Part shown: piece after piece, positions 10,201 through 20,769 of the stretch
Position numbering within the stretch: position 1 is the stretch's first letter
How the letters are laid out: the number at the start of each line of letters is the position of its first letter
Source: a virus
Virus record (IMG/VR): IMGVR_UViG_3300027861_000016
Coordinates: 31,931-95,930 of that record
Strand: one strand, 5' to 3'
DNA: 64,000 nt
Translations under genes and position numbers: made by a program
The notes under the pieces: generated by a model
The model's input: the letters and a program-made list of their open reading frames with translations, nothing else
The model's database searches: none
What the model was told of the DNA's origin: nothing

Positions 10201-12549
10201 TTACTTTTGTCCTACAACTTTATTTTTTAGAGCTGTGGCATTCTTCTCTTTCTCAATCTTCTCTTTAGACTTGATCTCTTCTCTCTTCAAGTTTCTATCT
10301 TTCTCTTTATTCAAGTTATCAGAATTTATCTTAGACTGCTCAAGAGCAGTAGAAGCATAATCAAATACTTCTACAGTTCCGCTATCTTGAGTGTCTGTAT
10401 CGAATCCAGCAGATTTCATTGCCTCTACTTGTATCTTATTCTCTCTATCTAATTGATTTTGGTCTGCTTCAAATTGTTGAGCAGCTTGTTGTAATTGTTG
10501 AGCACCTTCTCTTTCAGCTTCAGCTTGTTGTTGTTCTGCTGCTTTCTTATTAGTCTCAGCATCTTTAATAGCATGAGATATTTCAGCAATAGAATTAGAT
10601 TTAACTAAATCAACTATACCTGAGAATTCAACCATTCCAGATGATAAAGCTGTCTCACCTAATCTTTCTAACTTATTAAGTATGTCTCTATCTTTGCCAG
10701 AGTTAGTAATGAATACTCCATAATCAGAATCGGGAAACTTTTCCATATCTATATCCATAAATACTCTAGATATATCATTCATTACATAAGTTAGTTTCTT
10801 CTTACCTTGATAAGCAAATTTAGATACTTCTAATAATGCTGTAAGAACATCTTTCTTAACTATGTTATGTTGGTAGAACCAAGGTTCGGTTATGTATGTT
10901 GAATTGGCTATTGCTGCTTGAGTTCCAGAAGCTGTTTCAGAAGCTTTAGTTTGACCTTCTCTTTGTGGAGTAATACCAATTACTTTATCTATCAATTGTT
11001 CAATCTTACTAAGTATATTAATATACTGCCCTACAGATTCCGACATAGCCATATCTATAGATTGGAATTGATTAAAGTTTGGTTGTTGTTGATTCTTTCC
11101 TTCTTCTAATGAATTAATAACTGCTATATCCATGTTAGAAAACATGTACATCCATTTATTCATATCTATACCTTCTGATCTAGGTATCTGTGCCATATCC
11201 ATTACAAACTTCTTACCTTGAGCTTTATTCATTTCTCTTTCAAGATTGAACCAAGTAATCATGTACATATATTGAAATGGTTTTAACAAATCAACAACTG
11301 ATGTAGGAAGAGTATTTGTAGTATTATGTACTTTACCTATGTAAGGTAATTGTACTTTTCTAGGATTATCCATTGAACGCCCTTGATATTCTAAAGCTGA
11401 TATATTTAGATAAAGATCAGACTCTACTTTAGTTCCTTGCCATACTTCTGGAATCCAAGTCCAGTCTATAGTAACTCCTAATTCTTTCATCTCTTCAGTT
11501 AATTTGAAAGATTCATCAACCATCATAGACTCTTCAGGATTTTCAGGATCTAATAGAAATCCTATCTTCTTTAGTGACTTCCAAGTAACTGTAGATACAG
11601 TGTATAAATTATTATTAGTATTATCCTCATTAAACATATCTAATTTATGTTTAGGTAAAGCATAACCTACTGGTTGATTTACATTAAATGATAATCCTAT
11701 TTCCCCCTTATCTAATTTTCTAACTTCAGAATCAGACATGAACTCACCGTACTCATCTATAATCTGTCCAACAGTCATTAGTCTATCTTCTCTAAACCAA
11801 TCACCATCTTGAATAGTGTTGTTAGAAGGATTCTTATCATAATCACAATATAGAGGATTACAAACTCTTACATTAGGTTCACCATTAACAATTCCTACAT
11901 GAGCAATCTCATGAGAAGATATTAAAGCGTGTTCCCATAAATCTTGGAATACATTGTGTAAGTCTAATTCATATTCTAAATACTTCAATAGATCATTAGC
12001 CCATACTTCTCTAATATCTTGAACTGAATAATTAATCCATTTCTTTAATTCTTTGAATGATTGAGGTTCTCCTTCTTGTTGTTCCGGAGGATTACCAAAT
12101 TCACCTAAAGCTTTTGCAAATTCAGATTGAGCTACTTTCTTAACCATATCAGCTACCATCTTTTCTTTGATAGTAACAGCATTACCATTTACAGCAATTG
12201 CTGAATAGTTGAAGGGTCTAGATAACTCTTCACCTTTTAAAAGATTAATCTTATTTATAATAAGGTTATAATCTCTCATCTTAGAAGGTTGATTCAAATC
12301 CATAGATGAACCATCCATACCATAAGGCTGAGTTACATAGTTGAAATCTGCTGGATCATATATAGAATTGACTAGTCCATAGTTTGCTTTCATTTTAGTC
12401 TTACCTGAACGAAAGCTCATATCAACTCCTGACATTCCTAATATACCGTCCACATTCTGTTCTTGCCATTTCTTAGTGTTCTTCACTGATTGTGAAACAG
12501 CTTGAGCAGGTCTTCCAATATTTTTATATATTTTTTTTGTAGTATCCAT
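10201..12549 (-). CDS. Portal protein
   Basis: 782 aa; LLKGEELSRPF, WIPEVWQGTK and GITPQREGQ motifs; directly downstream of TerL. Confidence 0.9.
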   Translation of the reverse strand: MDTTKKIYKNIGRPAQAVSQSVKNTKKWQEQNVDGILGMSGVDMSFRSGKTKMKANYGLVNSIYDPADFNYVTQPYGMDGSSMDLNQPSKMRDYNLIINKINLLKGEELSRPFNYSAIAVNGNAVTIKEKMVADMVKKVAQSEFAKALGEFGNPPEQQEGEPQSFKELKKWINYSVQDIREVWANDLLKYLEYELDLHNVFQDLWEHALISSHEIAHVGIVNGEPNVRVCNPLYCDYDKNPSNNTIQDGDWFREDRLMTVGQIIDEYGEFMSDSEVRKLDKGEIGLSFNVNQPVGYALPKHKLDMFNEDNTNNNLYTVSTVTWKSLKKIGFLLDPENPEESMMVDESFKLTEEMKELGVTIDWTWIPEVWQGTKVESDLYLNISALEYQGRSMDNPRKVQLPYIGKVHNTTNTLPTSVVDLLKPFQYMYMITWFNLEREMNKAQGKKFVMDMAQIPRSEGIDMNKWMYMFSNMDIAVINSLEEGKNQQQPNFNQFQSIDMAMSESVGQYINILSKIEQLIDKVIGITPQREGQTKASETASGTQAAIANSTYITEPWFYQHNIVKKDVLTALLEVSKFAYQGKKKLTYVMNDISRVFMDIDMEKFPDSDYGVFITNSGKDRDILNKLERLGETALSSGMVEFSGIVDLVKSNSIAEISHAIKDAETNKKAAEQQQAEAEREGAQQLQQAAQQFEADQNQLDRENKIQVEAMKSAGFDTDTQDSGTVEVFDYASTALEQSKINSDNLNKEKDRNLKREEIKSKEKIEKEKNATALKNKVVGQK

Positions 12550-15365
12550 TAATATCTATAGTTTGTATTTTGAGTTGGATTATTTGTAAAATAGTTTTCT
12601 AAGTTATCGAAGAACGCATCTACTTTAGTTTCTTTAACCATGTCTACTCTTACTTTATAATTATCTAACTTATGTGTTATTACTAATAACATTGCAATGA
12701 TTCTATCAAAGTTACCAGTATCATTATAATTAATAAGTTCATCTAGTAATGGTAACGAATAAATCTTATTAAGGTTTAGTTTTCCGTCTTGATCTTCTTC
12801 CATTAACCAATCTCTAAGATACATTTCCATCTCTAACTTAATATCCTTAGTCATATGAATACCATATTGTCTGTTTACTTTAGATCCTTCTGTTGCTTTT
12901 AGAATAGTAGGAGTCTTCTTTAATAGATGTAAACATCTTTTAAATTCTAAATGATATTTTAATGTGTTCCTCTCATTCTCATATAAGTCTTTTGCATTAT
13001 AATACATCAAAAGCTTTCTAACATTTTCATGATGTTCATGTGCTGTATCAGGTCTAGCTGTATATTCAGCTACTAACCAATGATTAATCTGATCTAATCC
13101 TCCAAATGTTTTATAGATATACGTAGATCCTAATGAAGTTGTTGTGGATTGATCCTGATCATATGGATCTGTTCCTGCTATGTAAAGACCAAACGGAATA
13201 TTCCCTTCATTATCTTTTTTAGGATGTTCCCATATTTGTACACAGCCTGTAGTATCATCAGTCTTTTGCATATTATATTTACAAGGAACTAATTTACCTT
13301 TTAGATCTGGTTTCCATATTACTTCATTAGCTGTATCTGGTTTTATAAATAATTCACCACATTGACCTTGAACTAATCCATCAGTTTGTATAGCTGATTG
13401 AACCCATCCTCTTTGTTCCATTAACTCTGCTGTGGGAAATATATTTGAGTTACTAACATGAAATGCTTCAGTTGGTACATCAGGGTTATTCTGTATCTCA
13501 GCTTCATATTTGTATCTATCCTTTTGATTTAGTAGCTTTTCACGTTTATCTTCTGTAAACATACTAGCTCTAGATAGATCAATGACTCCATTAGAATCTC
13601 TATATTCATCAAACTTAAACTGATAAGGTATAAAGAATCCTACATTCCCATTACCTTCCCAAATATCTTCAAAACATAAAGCATCATATCTTTCAGGATG
13701 AAAGAACATATCTTTGATTCCTTCTGATACTCCTTTACCCATATCTCCACCAGTCCCTGTTGCATAGATAGTACCAAACTTATTTAGTCCATCTTTAGTA
13801 GCATCTGTAAGTGCTGAGAATGTTTCTATAATATTAGAGAAGAATCCTACTTCCTCTAATACTATTAAGTTAGGTCCAGTACCATTACCTGCTAATGGGT
13901 TATCAGCAAATGTTCTATGATGTATTTTAGATCTAGACCCTTTAGTTACCCAGCCTCCAGGAAGTTTCTGATCAAACGCTGCTTCTAAGAATTTACCTGG
14001 CATTAGAGATCCTCTACTTTGTTTAGCAAATGGAGAAGGTCTTTCAATACCATTGAAAGTCATATTTCCTTTTAAATTCTCTAAGATTAGTTTAGTCTTA
14101 TTTAGTAAATCTCCAGAGTACTTGGAATCAATAGCTCCTACTAATGTTTCAGAAGAAGGTATAGTACCTGTATTCTTAGCATTTAGAAACATATCATAGT
14201 CAGTGGCTCCATCAAATAAATAGTTATGAACTATCATAGATCCTGCACTTCCCCAAGAGTTATGTGTAACTACATAATCATTGACTAAGAACAAAGAATC
14301 TTTATTATCCACTCTAATACATACTGAGGGTTTTATATCTAAAGGTTTAATATCATGTATTGCACACCAAGAGACTCCTAGCTCTGGAAGATACGAAGGT
14401 ATATCATATTTATAATGCTTTATACTACAATCATAATCATAAAAGAATTCAGTTCTAAAATTATCTAGTTCTAACGTTACTTCCTCTTCTGTTTTTCTGT
14501 CTCTTACTGTCCATAAATGTCCACCACCACATGTTACAGTTCTACCGTCCCTCAAAGTAACTTCATATTGTAACTGATCGTCAAAATCAATTCTCTCTAA
14601 AATAGTAGTTGGTTTACCGTCACCTCCAAAGATAATATCCCCTACCTTTACATTTTTAATAACTCTCTTTGAACCATCAATATAATGTAATAAACTATCT
14701 TCATGTAGATCTTTTCCCATACGTCTAGCTTGTATATCCACTACGTTAGAGGCATTATTCTCATATAAAGGTTTACCATAATTCTTAGGATGTATCCTTC
14801 TTAAATAATCTCTAGGATGTACAAAGGTTTTAAACTTACCGTCCTTCTTATAAGCTGTTGGGGGTATAATAGCAAGTTCTAATTTTCTTTTATATTGTTC
14901 TTTATCTTTATTACTAAGTTCTTCTAATTCTTTTACTATATGTAAGCAAGTGATAGTATCATCCCCATCGAATCCAGAGAATCCTCTAGACTCCATATAG
15001 ACATAAGCTTTCTCCCATTCTATATCTCTAAGAAATGGACTACCTAATGATTTACCTTTAGAATTAGGTAGGTTCAAAAGTATCATACAGAAATTAGTAT
15101 AGAAATATAAATTACCCGGCATCCATTTACCTTCAACCCAATATCCTTCTATACACTTTCTCTTCTGTTCTTTCCAGTAATTTGTGTATTTATTTGTATG
15201 TGGATTCATGTAACTAGGAAGTTCTATAATGAACTTATTCCTATCTACACCTTTACTATGTAAACCTCTTTCAGCATATTTCCAGTAGTCACAACTAGCC
15301 AGTCTTTTATGTAATTTATCAGCAGGTACTATTTCAATTCCTGATCCGCTTTCCACTTCAGCCAT
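12549..15365 (-). CDS. terL: Terminase large subunit with intein
   Basis: Walker A ARRMGK|S, Walker B LIVLEEVG, TGTGG coupling motif, GTDPYD nuclease motif, GNFDRI C-terminus. Confidence 0.92.
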   Translation of the reverse strand: MAEVESGSGIEIVPADKLHKRLASCDYWKYAERGLHSKGVDRNKFIIELPSYMNPHTNKYTNYWKEQKRKCIEGYWVEGKWMPGNLYFYTNFCMILLNLPNSKGKSLGSPFLRDIEWEKAYVYMESRGFSGFDGDDTITCLHIVKELEELSNKDKEQYKRKLELAIIPPTAYKKDGKFKTFVHPRDYLRRIHPKNYGKPLYENNASNVVDIQARRMGKDLHEDSLLHYIDGSKRVIKNVKVGDIIFGGDGKPTTILERIDFDDQLQYEVTLRDGRTVTCGGGHLWTVRDRKTEEEVTLELDNFRTEFFYDYDCSIKHYKYDIPSYLPELGVSWCAIHDIKPLDIKPSVCIRVDNKDSLFLVNDYVVTHNSWGSAGSMIVHNYLFDGATDYDMFLNAKNTGTIPSSETLVGAIDSKYSGDLLNKTKLILENLKGNMTFNGIERPSPFAKQSRGSLMPGKFLEAAFDQKLPGGWVTKGSRSKIHHRTFADNPLAGNGTGPNLIVLEEVGFFSNIIETFSALTDATKDGLNKFGTIYATGTGGDMGKGVSEGIKDMFFHPERYDALCFEDIWEGNGNVGFFIPYQFKFDEYRDSNGVIDLSRASMFTEDKREKLLNQKDRYKYEAEIQNNPDVPTEAFHVSNSNIFPTAELMEQRGWVQSAIQTDGLVQGQCGELFIKPDTANEVIWKPDLKGKLVPCKYNMQKTDDTTGCVQIWEHPKKDNEGNIPFGLYIAGTDPYDQDQSTTTSLGSTYIYKTFGGLDQINHWLVAEYTARPDTAHEHHENVRKLLMYYNAKDLYENERNTLKYHLEFKRCLHLLKKTPTILKATEGSKVNRQYGIHMTKDIKLEMEMYLRDWLMEEDQDGKLNLNKIYSLPLLDELINYNDTGNFDRIIAMLLVITHKLDNYKVRVDMVKETKVDAFFDNLENYFTNNPTQNTNYRY
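14259..14711 (-). mobile_element. Class 3 mini-intein (151 aa, no endonuclease) in the TerL Walker A
   Basis: GK|DLHEDS...VKVGD...TCGGGHLW...VCIRVD...VVTHN|S; W-C-T triad present, ends His-Asn with +1 Ser. Confidence 0.85.
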
Positions 15366-15643
15366 CTTTCTCTATTTCTTTTTTGAATGTATAAGTATCC
15401 TCTATATCTATTTTGACTAAACTTCATTTTAAAGAAGCTACCAAAGAACATTTCCATATCATCAGTATCTCTGGTTATTCCTTTACTAATTAACTTAATC
15501 CAGTTAAAAGGAGAATTGAGGAATACGTATAGTTCTTTTTTAGAATACTTTGGATATTTCTCATGTAGTCTAGCTGCATAATGATTTAATGTGTCCTTAG
15601 AGGATAAGTGTAGTGACTTCTCTTTAGATTGCTCCATCATCAC
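15329..15643 (-). CDS. IHF/HU-like small basic protein
   Basis: Helix-turn-helix then FFGSFFK strand; lies upstream of TerL as in crAss-like phages. Confidence 0.4.
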   Translation of the reverse strand: MMMEQSKEKSLHLSSKDTLNHYAARLHEKYPKYSKKELYVFLNSPFNWIKLISKGITRDTDDMEMFFGSFFKMKFSQNRYRGYLYIQKRNRERWLKWKADQELK

Positions 15644-16175
15644 TTAGTGAGGTTTCTATACCTCCTTTATTAGTTCCTTTGTCTTTTTCAGCCATTACTT
15701 TCTTTCTAGCATCTTCTAATTCATTTGCTATCTTAGAAGTAGCAGGTAATAGCTTTTCTAGTATATCACAATGCTCTTTGTAGTTTAGTCCATTAATATA
15801 TTCTGCTCTTTCTATAAACTTGTTCTCATGATTTACCAATGCCTTCTCTAACTTAGAAGTAGTAAGGTCAGTATATGCTTTCATTAAGTTATTTAGCTTA
15901 GTCCTATACTTTACATGCCAATCCTTTTTAGTAGTAGAGATACTACCAATCATGTCATCAAAGATTTCATTGATCCTATCTTCTAAAGGACTTTGTGCAA
16001 ATTCAGAATCACTATCACATATTTTAGTAATAGACCACATAACAGTAGAAGTAAATATCTTCTTAGAAGTTTTATCTGTAAAATGAAATTCCTTAAAAGG
16101 ACCAGTCACCTTGAATATAGGATACTCTTCCCAAAAGGAATGTTTTACATCTATAAAGTTTTTATTGAATCCCAT
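15624..16175 (-). CDS. Conserved helical protein upstream of TerL (possible small terminase)
   Basis: 183 aa helical; position only. Confidence 0.35.
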   Translation of the reverse strand: MGFNKNFIDVKHSFWEEYPIFKVTGPFKEFHFTDKTSKKIFTSTVMWSITKICDSDSEFAQSPLEDRINEIFDDMIGSISTTKKDWHVKYRTKLNNLMKAYTDLTTSKLEKALVNHENKFIERAEYINGLNYKEHCDILEKLLPATSKIANELEDARKKVMAEKDKGTNKGGIETSLSDDGAI

Positions 16176-16405
16176 TTGTCTAATTTACATTTATTCTCTA
16201 TTCTAATAATCTTAGCTGGAAGATAACATCCACAAGCTCCACATATATTTAAAGTCTTCTCTTTACAGTTGGTACAAGCTTCGACACGTTTAACAACTAT
16301 GTCCTTTTCCTTATCTGTTAGTTCTATCATATTTAGATTAAGTCTAATTAACTTAGCCCAACTATCATAGACTGTTTTCCAACTAAACTTATAGTTCTTT
16401 CCCAT
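16151..16405 (-). CDS. Cys-rich zinc-binding protein
   Basis: CTNC...CGACGC.LPAK...CKLDKW. Confidence 0.6.
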   Translation of the reverse strand: MGKNYKFSWKTVYDSWAKLIRLNLNMIELTDKEKDIVVKRVEACTNCKEKTLNICGACGCYLPAKIIRIENKCKLDKWDSIKTL

Positions 16406-16727
16406 TATAAAATACTGTTTTATCTGTGAATTCTAATAATTCTTCTTTCCAACCATTGGGAAGGAATGATTTAATATAATCTTTCAGAATCATAGAATGA
16501 CCTATATGAGATCTAACAAACTTATTAAGTCTTTTAATCTTAGCTACACCTTCTGGAGAATCATCAGTAGGATCAACTTGTTTTACATTCTTTAGTTTAC
16601 GCATATGAAGTCTATACTGTTTAGCATAGAATTTCTTCTTAGCTTTCTGCTCTTGACTACTATTGATTGTTTTAAATTCAACAACCTTTTCCTTCATTCC
16701 AGAATCATCTATTTCATTCTTGCTCAT
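16389..16727 (-). CDS. Hypothetical protein
   Basis: ORF overlapping neighbours in a tight operon. Confidence 0.6.
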   Translation of the reverse strand: MSKNEIDDSGMKEKVVEFKTINSSQEQKAKKKFYAKQYRLHMRKLKNVKQVDPTDDSPEGVAKIKRLNKFVRSHIGHSMILKDYIKSFLPNGWKEELLEFTDKTVFYNGKEL

Positions 16728-17094
16728 CTTCTATCTGTTTAAATTTAAAACCTATCGAACTTTGTGGTACTAATAATTGATTAATTAGTAAATTATCTTT
16801 TACTTTAAACAATGCTTTCTTCTCTAATAATGCATTCTTAATATTATGGTATTGATTGATGCTTAATCCCGTCTCTTCACAAAGTTTAATTATTTCACTC
16901 TTACTAAATACCTCTTTATTTAAAAAGAATACATTATGTTTAGGATATTGTTTTTTAAATTCTAAGAGAGATATTATTAAGTACAACATAATACGTATCT
17001 CAGTATCTGTTAATTTAAGTTCTCCTTGATATAATGATAAATACTTTGAGTAGAAATCATCGGTATCTTTATATGGTATTTCTAGTATTCTCAT
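16714..17094 (-). CDS. RepL-like winged-helix DNA-binding protein
   Basis: LTDTEIRIM...LCEETGLSINQYHNIKNALLEKKAL...LLINQ wHTH pattern. Confidence 0.5.
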   Translation of the reverse strand: MRILEIPYKDTDDFYSKYLSLYQGELKLTDTEIRIMLYLIISLLEFKKQYPKHNVFFLNKEVFSKSEIIKLCEETGLSINQYHNIKNALLEKKALFKVKDNLLINQLLVPQSSIGFKFKQIEDEQE

Positions 17095-17354
17095 ATTTGT
17101 ATAAATTGATCATTATATATTGTTGCTCCTCCTATATTAAGTAAAAGTGTTGCTCTGTTCAGTTTACTTAATGAGGTTCCTAAAGTCTGTCTAGAAATAT
17201 CTAGTTCTTTTTGTAGAACTAAACGTACTTGAGAATTAATAACAACAAAACCCGATTCCTCCATATAAGGAACCAGGCTAAATAACACTTTAATATCAGA
17301 GAGAGTTAACTCTCTGAATATTTCATTTGCTCTATCTTTAGTTATCTTTATCAT
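17091..17354 (-). CDS. RepL-like winged-helix protein
   Basis: LQKELDISRQTLGTSLSKL...IYN HTH pattern. Confidence 0.55.
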   Translation of the reverse strand: MIKITKDRANEIFRELTLSDIKVLFSLVPYMEESGFVVINSQVRLVLQKELDISRQTLGTSLSKLNRATLLLNIGGATIYNDQFIQI

Positions 17355-17671
17355 TATTTATCAAAATGTCCAGCATATGATGTAATAGGTAATTCCCATT
17401 TCTCACCTTCTTCAAAATTGAAAGATTTCATACCCATAATATTTTTTAATAGAATATACTGCCCTTTATTAATTGTTAACTTACCATCACTCGATACAAA
17501 ATCTTTAGCTACCAATAAAGGCTTGCCATCATCTACCCAGTCCATCTTTTCTTTTTGTACTACAGTATCAGGTTTAATAGTCTCACTTTTACCTACAGTC
17601 ATTTTTACAATAGGGACATCTAACATAATGTTGTTAGGAGCAGGTACATACTTACTTAATGGTAACGTCAT
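17354..17671 (-). CDS. Possible GroES-like co-chaperonin fold protein
   Basis: 105 aa; YVPAPNNIML, mobile-loop-like segment, LLVA...INKGQYILL. Confidence 0.3.
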   Translation of the reverse strand: MTLPLSKYVPAPNNIMLDVPIVKMTVGKSETIKPDTVVQKEKMDWVDDGKPLLVAKDFVSSDGKLTINKGQYILLKNIMGMKSFNFEEGEKWELPITSYAGHFDK

Positions 17672-20190
17672 CTTTCTTTACTTTAACTTTTTTAACTTTC
17701 TTTTCTTCAACTACAGCTTCTAAAACGAATTCATCTTTATCAGCTACTACTTTAAATGGAACTACTTTACCATTTACTTTTAATACTACATCCTTATCTC
17801 CTGGATAAGAGTTTAGTGTTTTTACTAGATTACTCTTTTTCATATAATGTTAAATCAATTTAACTTGTTGTTAATTCTATTACTCATAATGTTAAATAAA
17901 GGTTACACAAATCCTACTTTCTTTTTCTCAGGCTCATCTATGTCTATACATTTATTATCTACATTAGTCTCTGCATCATATACTTTAATTCCTAAGAAGT
18001 ATATTCTCTTTCTAAAATTTCCTGTAGGCATTGCATATACACCTATATCAGGATTCTCTTTATACGTTTGATTCTCTTCGTACTTAATCTTTATCATATT
18101 GTATTAGTTTTAATTATTTCTTTTGCATCCTCTATAGCTTGTAGTCTTTCAGCATACTCATAGTTTGTTTCCAATCTACCTGTATAAAACACTAATCGTT
18201 CTATCCCATCATCTCCTTCTTCTATACTAACTTTATCAATTCGCCATTTGGCTAACTCATCACTTGATCTATATATAGTACCATAATCAAAATATGGTTT
18301 ACCATCTTCCCAAGAATCAGCCTTGACTATTAGTCTTCTTTCATAAATTACTTTCTTGTTATTCTTTATCATATCTACTTGTTTAAATAATAATTAGCCG
18401 CATCGTTAAATGCTAAGTTTACATCTTGAATTTTTTGCATTCCTAATCCTTTATGTATATGGGAATGTACCATACTTAGTTCTTTAAAGGGATTAACCTT
18501 AACGGTCTTTCCTTTCCTCTCCTTAATATACTGCTCAATAACATATACTTGTTCTTCTATAGTATAAGTCATTGGTTGTCTATTTACTATCTCTGTTACA
18601 TCCATTACTTTCTCTTTTTAGCTTTTCCATAGAAGTATTTCTTTACTGGTATATAATGTTTAACTACTATTGGTTGACCTACTAAATCAACTCCTATTAC
18701 ATATTCGTGTATCATTTCTTCTCCTCCTTTTTATTATTAAACCCAACTATTACGACATATAATATATAATTCAAAAAGCTCCTCTTCGTTGAGAGATTCA
18801 AGATTTCTCCATTCTGTACTTCCATATTGATCTCTATATAGATGACCAGCCTTTATTGTTAGCGGATTATTAAACGCATTATAATTTGGATGACTTCCTT
18901 TAACTAGAGCCTCTAAACCTTCTCTATCTAAATCTATTTTCATTTCTTCTCCTCTATTATTTGTTTATTCCTTTTAATTATTTCTTGTAGTAACTCACTA
19001 GCTACTACTTTATCTTTACTTAGTATATCTACAGCTAATTGTCTTAACTCTGGTGTACTTAGATTAGAATAGTATGCTTTATTAATTACTTTAAAGTCTT
19101 CTTCTGTGTGATGTACTAATGGTGAATCTTTACTCATAATTTATATTTAATTGTTTAAATAGTTTCTTTAGTTCACTTTTGTTTTTAATGGTTCCTGCAA
19201 ATATCTGCTCCCCATGAGAAGGTTCATAAATAAAAACTAACCCCTCTTCTAACCAAATCTGATCTCCTTTCTTATTCACAAAGAACTCAGGATTCTCTTC
19301 AAAACCTAAACTTTCTATATCTAAAGAGTCTAAGTGTTTTACTCTGACACCACATAAACCATTATCTGCATTTTTACCAAACAACATTCTTTCTATATAG
19401 GGAGAATCTTGGCTTCCTGTGATACGTTCTATCCATTTGGCTTTATCATATTCTTCTTGTGTTTTAACTGTACCATCTCCGAAACGTTCTTTCATTTCAT
19501 ATTCAAATCCAAAATAAAACTCAGATATATCTGGCGTATAATATTTATTCATAGTATTCATTAAAATTGTTTATAAACTCTATATAGTCCTTCTTCTTTT
19601 TAGGATAAGGAACTCTTATTTTTTTATATTCTTCAAATCCACAGTTAGGACAACTAAACTGACCATCCATCATTGATATTGATTCTCTTTTATATTCAGT
19701 ATAACATCTATGATTTTGGCATTTAATTACTAATTCATATTTACCTTCATCATCTTCTAACATAGTTATTTACTTACTGGATACTTTCTATCTAAATCCT
19801 CTCTAATCATTTCTTCTTGTAAAGGATCAATCTCTTCTCCATACATTTCTAGAAGTTCATATCCTGTTACCCATTTAACTTTATCTCTATACTTTAATCT
19901 AGAGTCTAATTTATGTTGTTCTATTTGATCTTCTACATCCATCTTCCAAATCCCGGTTTAGTTTTTAACTCTTTTCTTTGTAAATATATTTGATTACTTA
20001 ATCTCATTTGTATATCAGTAATATGATCCATTAGTAAATCAAATTCTATAAGTTCTTGAGTATACTTTTGATAGATTTTATCAGCAGGAGGTCTTTTCCA
20101 AGTATGTTCTTTTGTAGTATCTATTGGGAAATCCTTTATTACTCTTCTATAATTTAATTGGAACCATTTATTAATTCTAAACTCATGCAT
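17652..20190 (-). other. Run of about 11 small hypothetical ORFs (17652-17843, 17903-18097, 18094-18372, 18375-18605, 18737-18943, 18940-19137, 19130-19561, 19545-19763 with zinc ribbon, 19933-20190)
   Basis: Tightly packed or overlapping co-oriented ORFs; no recognisable function except CxxxxC/CPNC in 19545-19763. Confidence 0.6.
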
Positions 20191-20199
20191 AGTTTTACT

Positions 20200-20502
20200 T
20201 TATTTATATAATTTACAACAACATTCTTCTTTCTCATATCCATTGATACATAATTGATCAATGGTAATCTCATAAGGTAATTGACTTTCAAAAGGACAAT
20301 TACTCTTAGGTGTTCTTTCTACTTGACATGGACAATAACCTTCTTTCTTTTCTATACCATCTAATATCTTGTGTACATATTTAATATCTTGGTTAATTGT
20401 TAGTTTTTCTTTCTTCTTAGCTTTTTGCTTCTGTACTATTCCTAATACTTCTTTCATGGCTGCGTCTAAATCTCTAACTACTGTTTCTTTATCTAATATC
20501 AT
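20200..20502 (-). CDS. Ferredoxin-thioredoxin reductase catalytic-chain-like protein
   Basis: GYCPC...CPF...C...CCCKLY. True start is probably ATG 20502 (MILDKE), 4 nt after a -7 promoter box. Confidence 0.65.
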   Translation of the reverse strand: MILDKETVVRDLDAAMKEVLGIVQKQKAKKKEKLTINQDIKYVHKILDGIEKKEGYCPCQVERTPKSNCPFESQLPYEITIDQLCINGYEKEECCCKLYK

Positions 20503-20506
20503 ACAC

Positions 20507-20537
20507 CAAATGTACACTAATAATTCTATAAAACAAA
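20507..20537 (-). promoter_or_regulatory. Bacteroidota primary-sigma promoter (TTTG-N19-TACATTTG)
   Basis: Matches the -33 TTTG / -7 TAnnTTTG consensus. Confidence 0.7.
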
Positions 20538-20568
20538 AAATCCTCTAACATTAATTTGTTAGAGGATT
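20535..20568 (-). terminator. Intrinsic terminator
   Basis: 12-bp stem AATCCTCTAACA/TGTTAGAGGATT followed by a U run on the minus strand. Confidence 0.75.
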
Positions 20569-20670
20569 ATAATTTTCCACCAGGAAGCAAACCTTGGTTT
20601 GTACATTAATTTGAAAGGACTTATTCATACTTTACCTTTCTTGTATAACCTATCTATGACATAGGCTTCG

Positions 20671-20725
20671 TGGAAGTGAAAGAGTCGAACTTTCTTTATA
20701 CCCTCTAGTAGTAACCATTACTTCC
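20671..20725 (-). ncRNA. tRNA-like mini element (acceptor stem plus T-arm only)
   Basis: GGAAGT...GAAAG TTCGACT CTTTC ACTTCC A; only about 25 nt between acceptor and T-arm. Confidence 0.55.
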
Positions 20726-20733
20726 TTATTCTG

Positions 20734-20741
20734 CAAATATA
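20734..20741 (-). promoter_or_regulatory. -7 promoter box TATATTTG upstream of the tRNA-like element
   Basis: Exact TAnnTTTG match, 8 nt before the element. Confidence 0.6.
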
Positions 20742-20769
20742 ATATTATTAATTTAGAATCCTAATGTTT

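Noticed and set aside
20671-20725. tmRNA
   Set aside because: No G3-U70 alanine identity pair and no tag reading frame between the acceptor strands.
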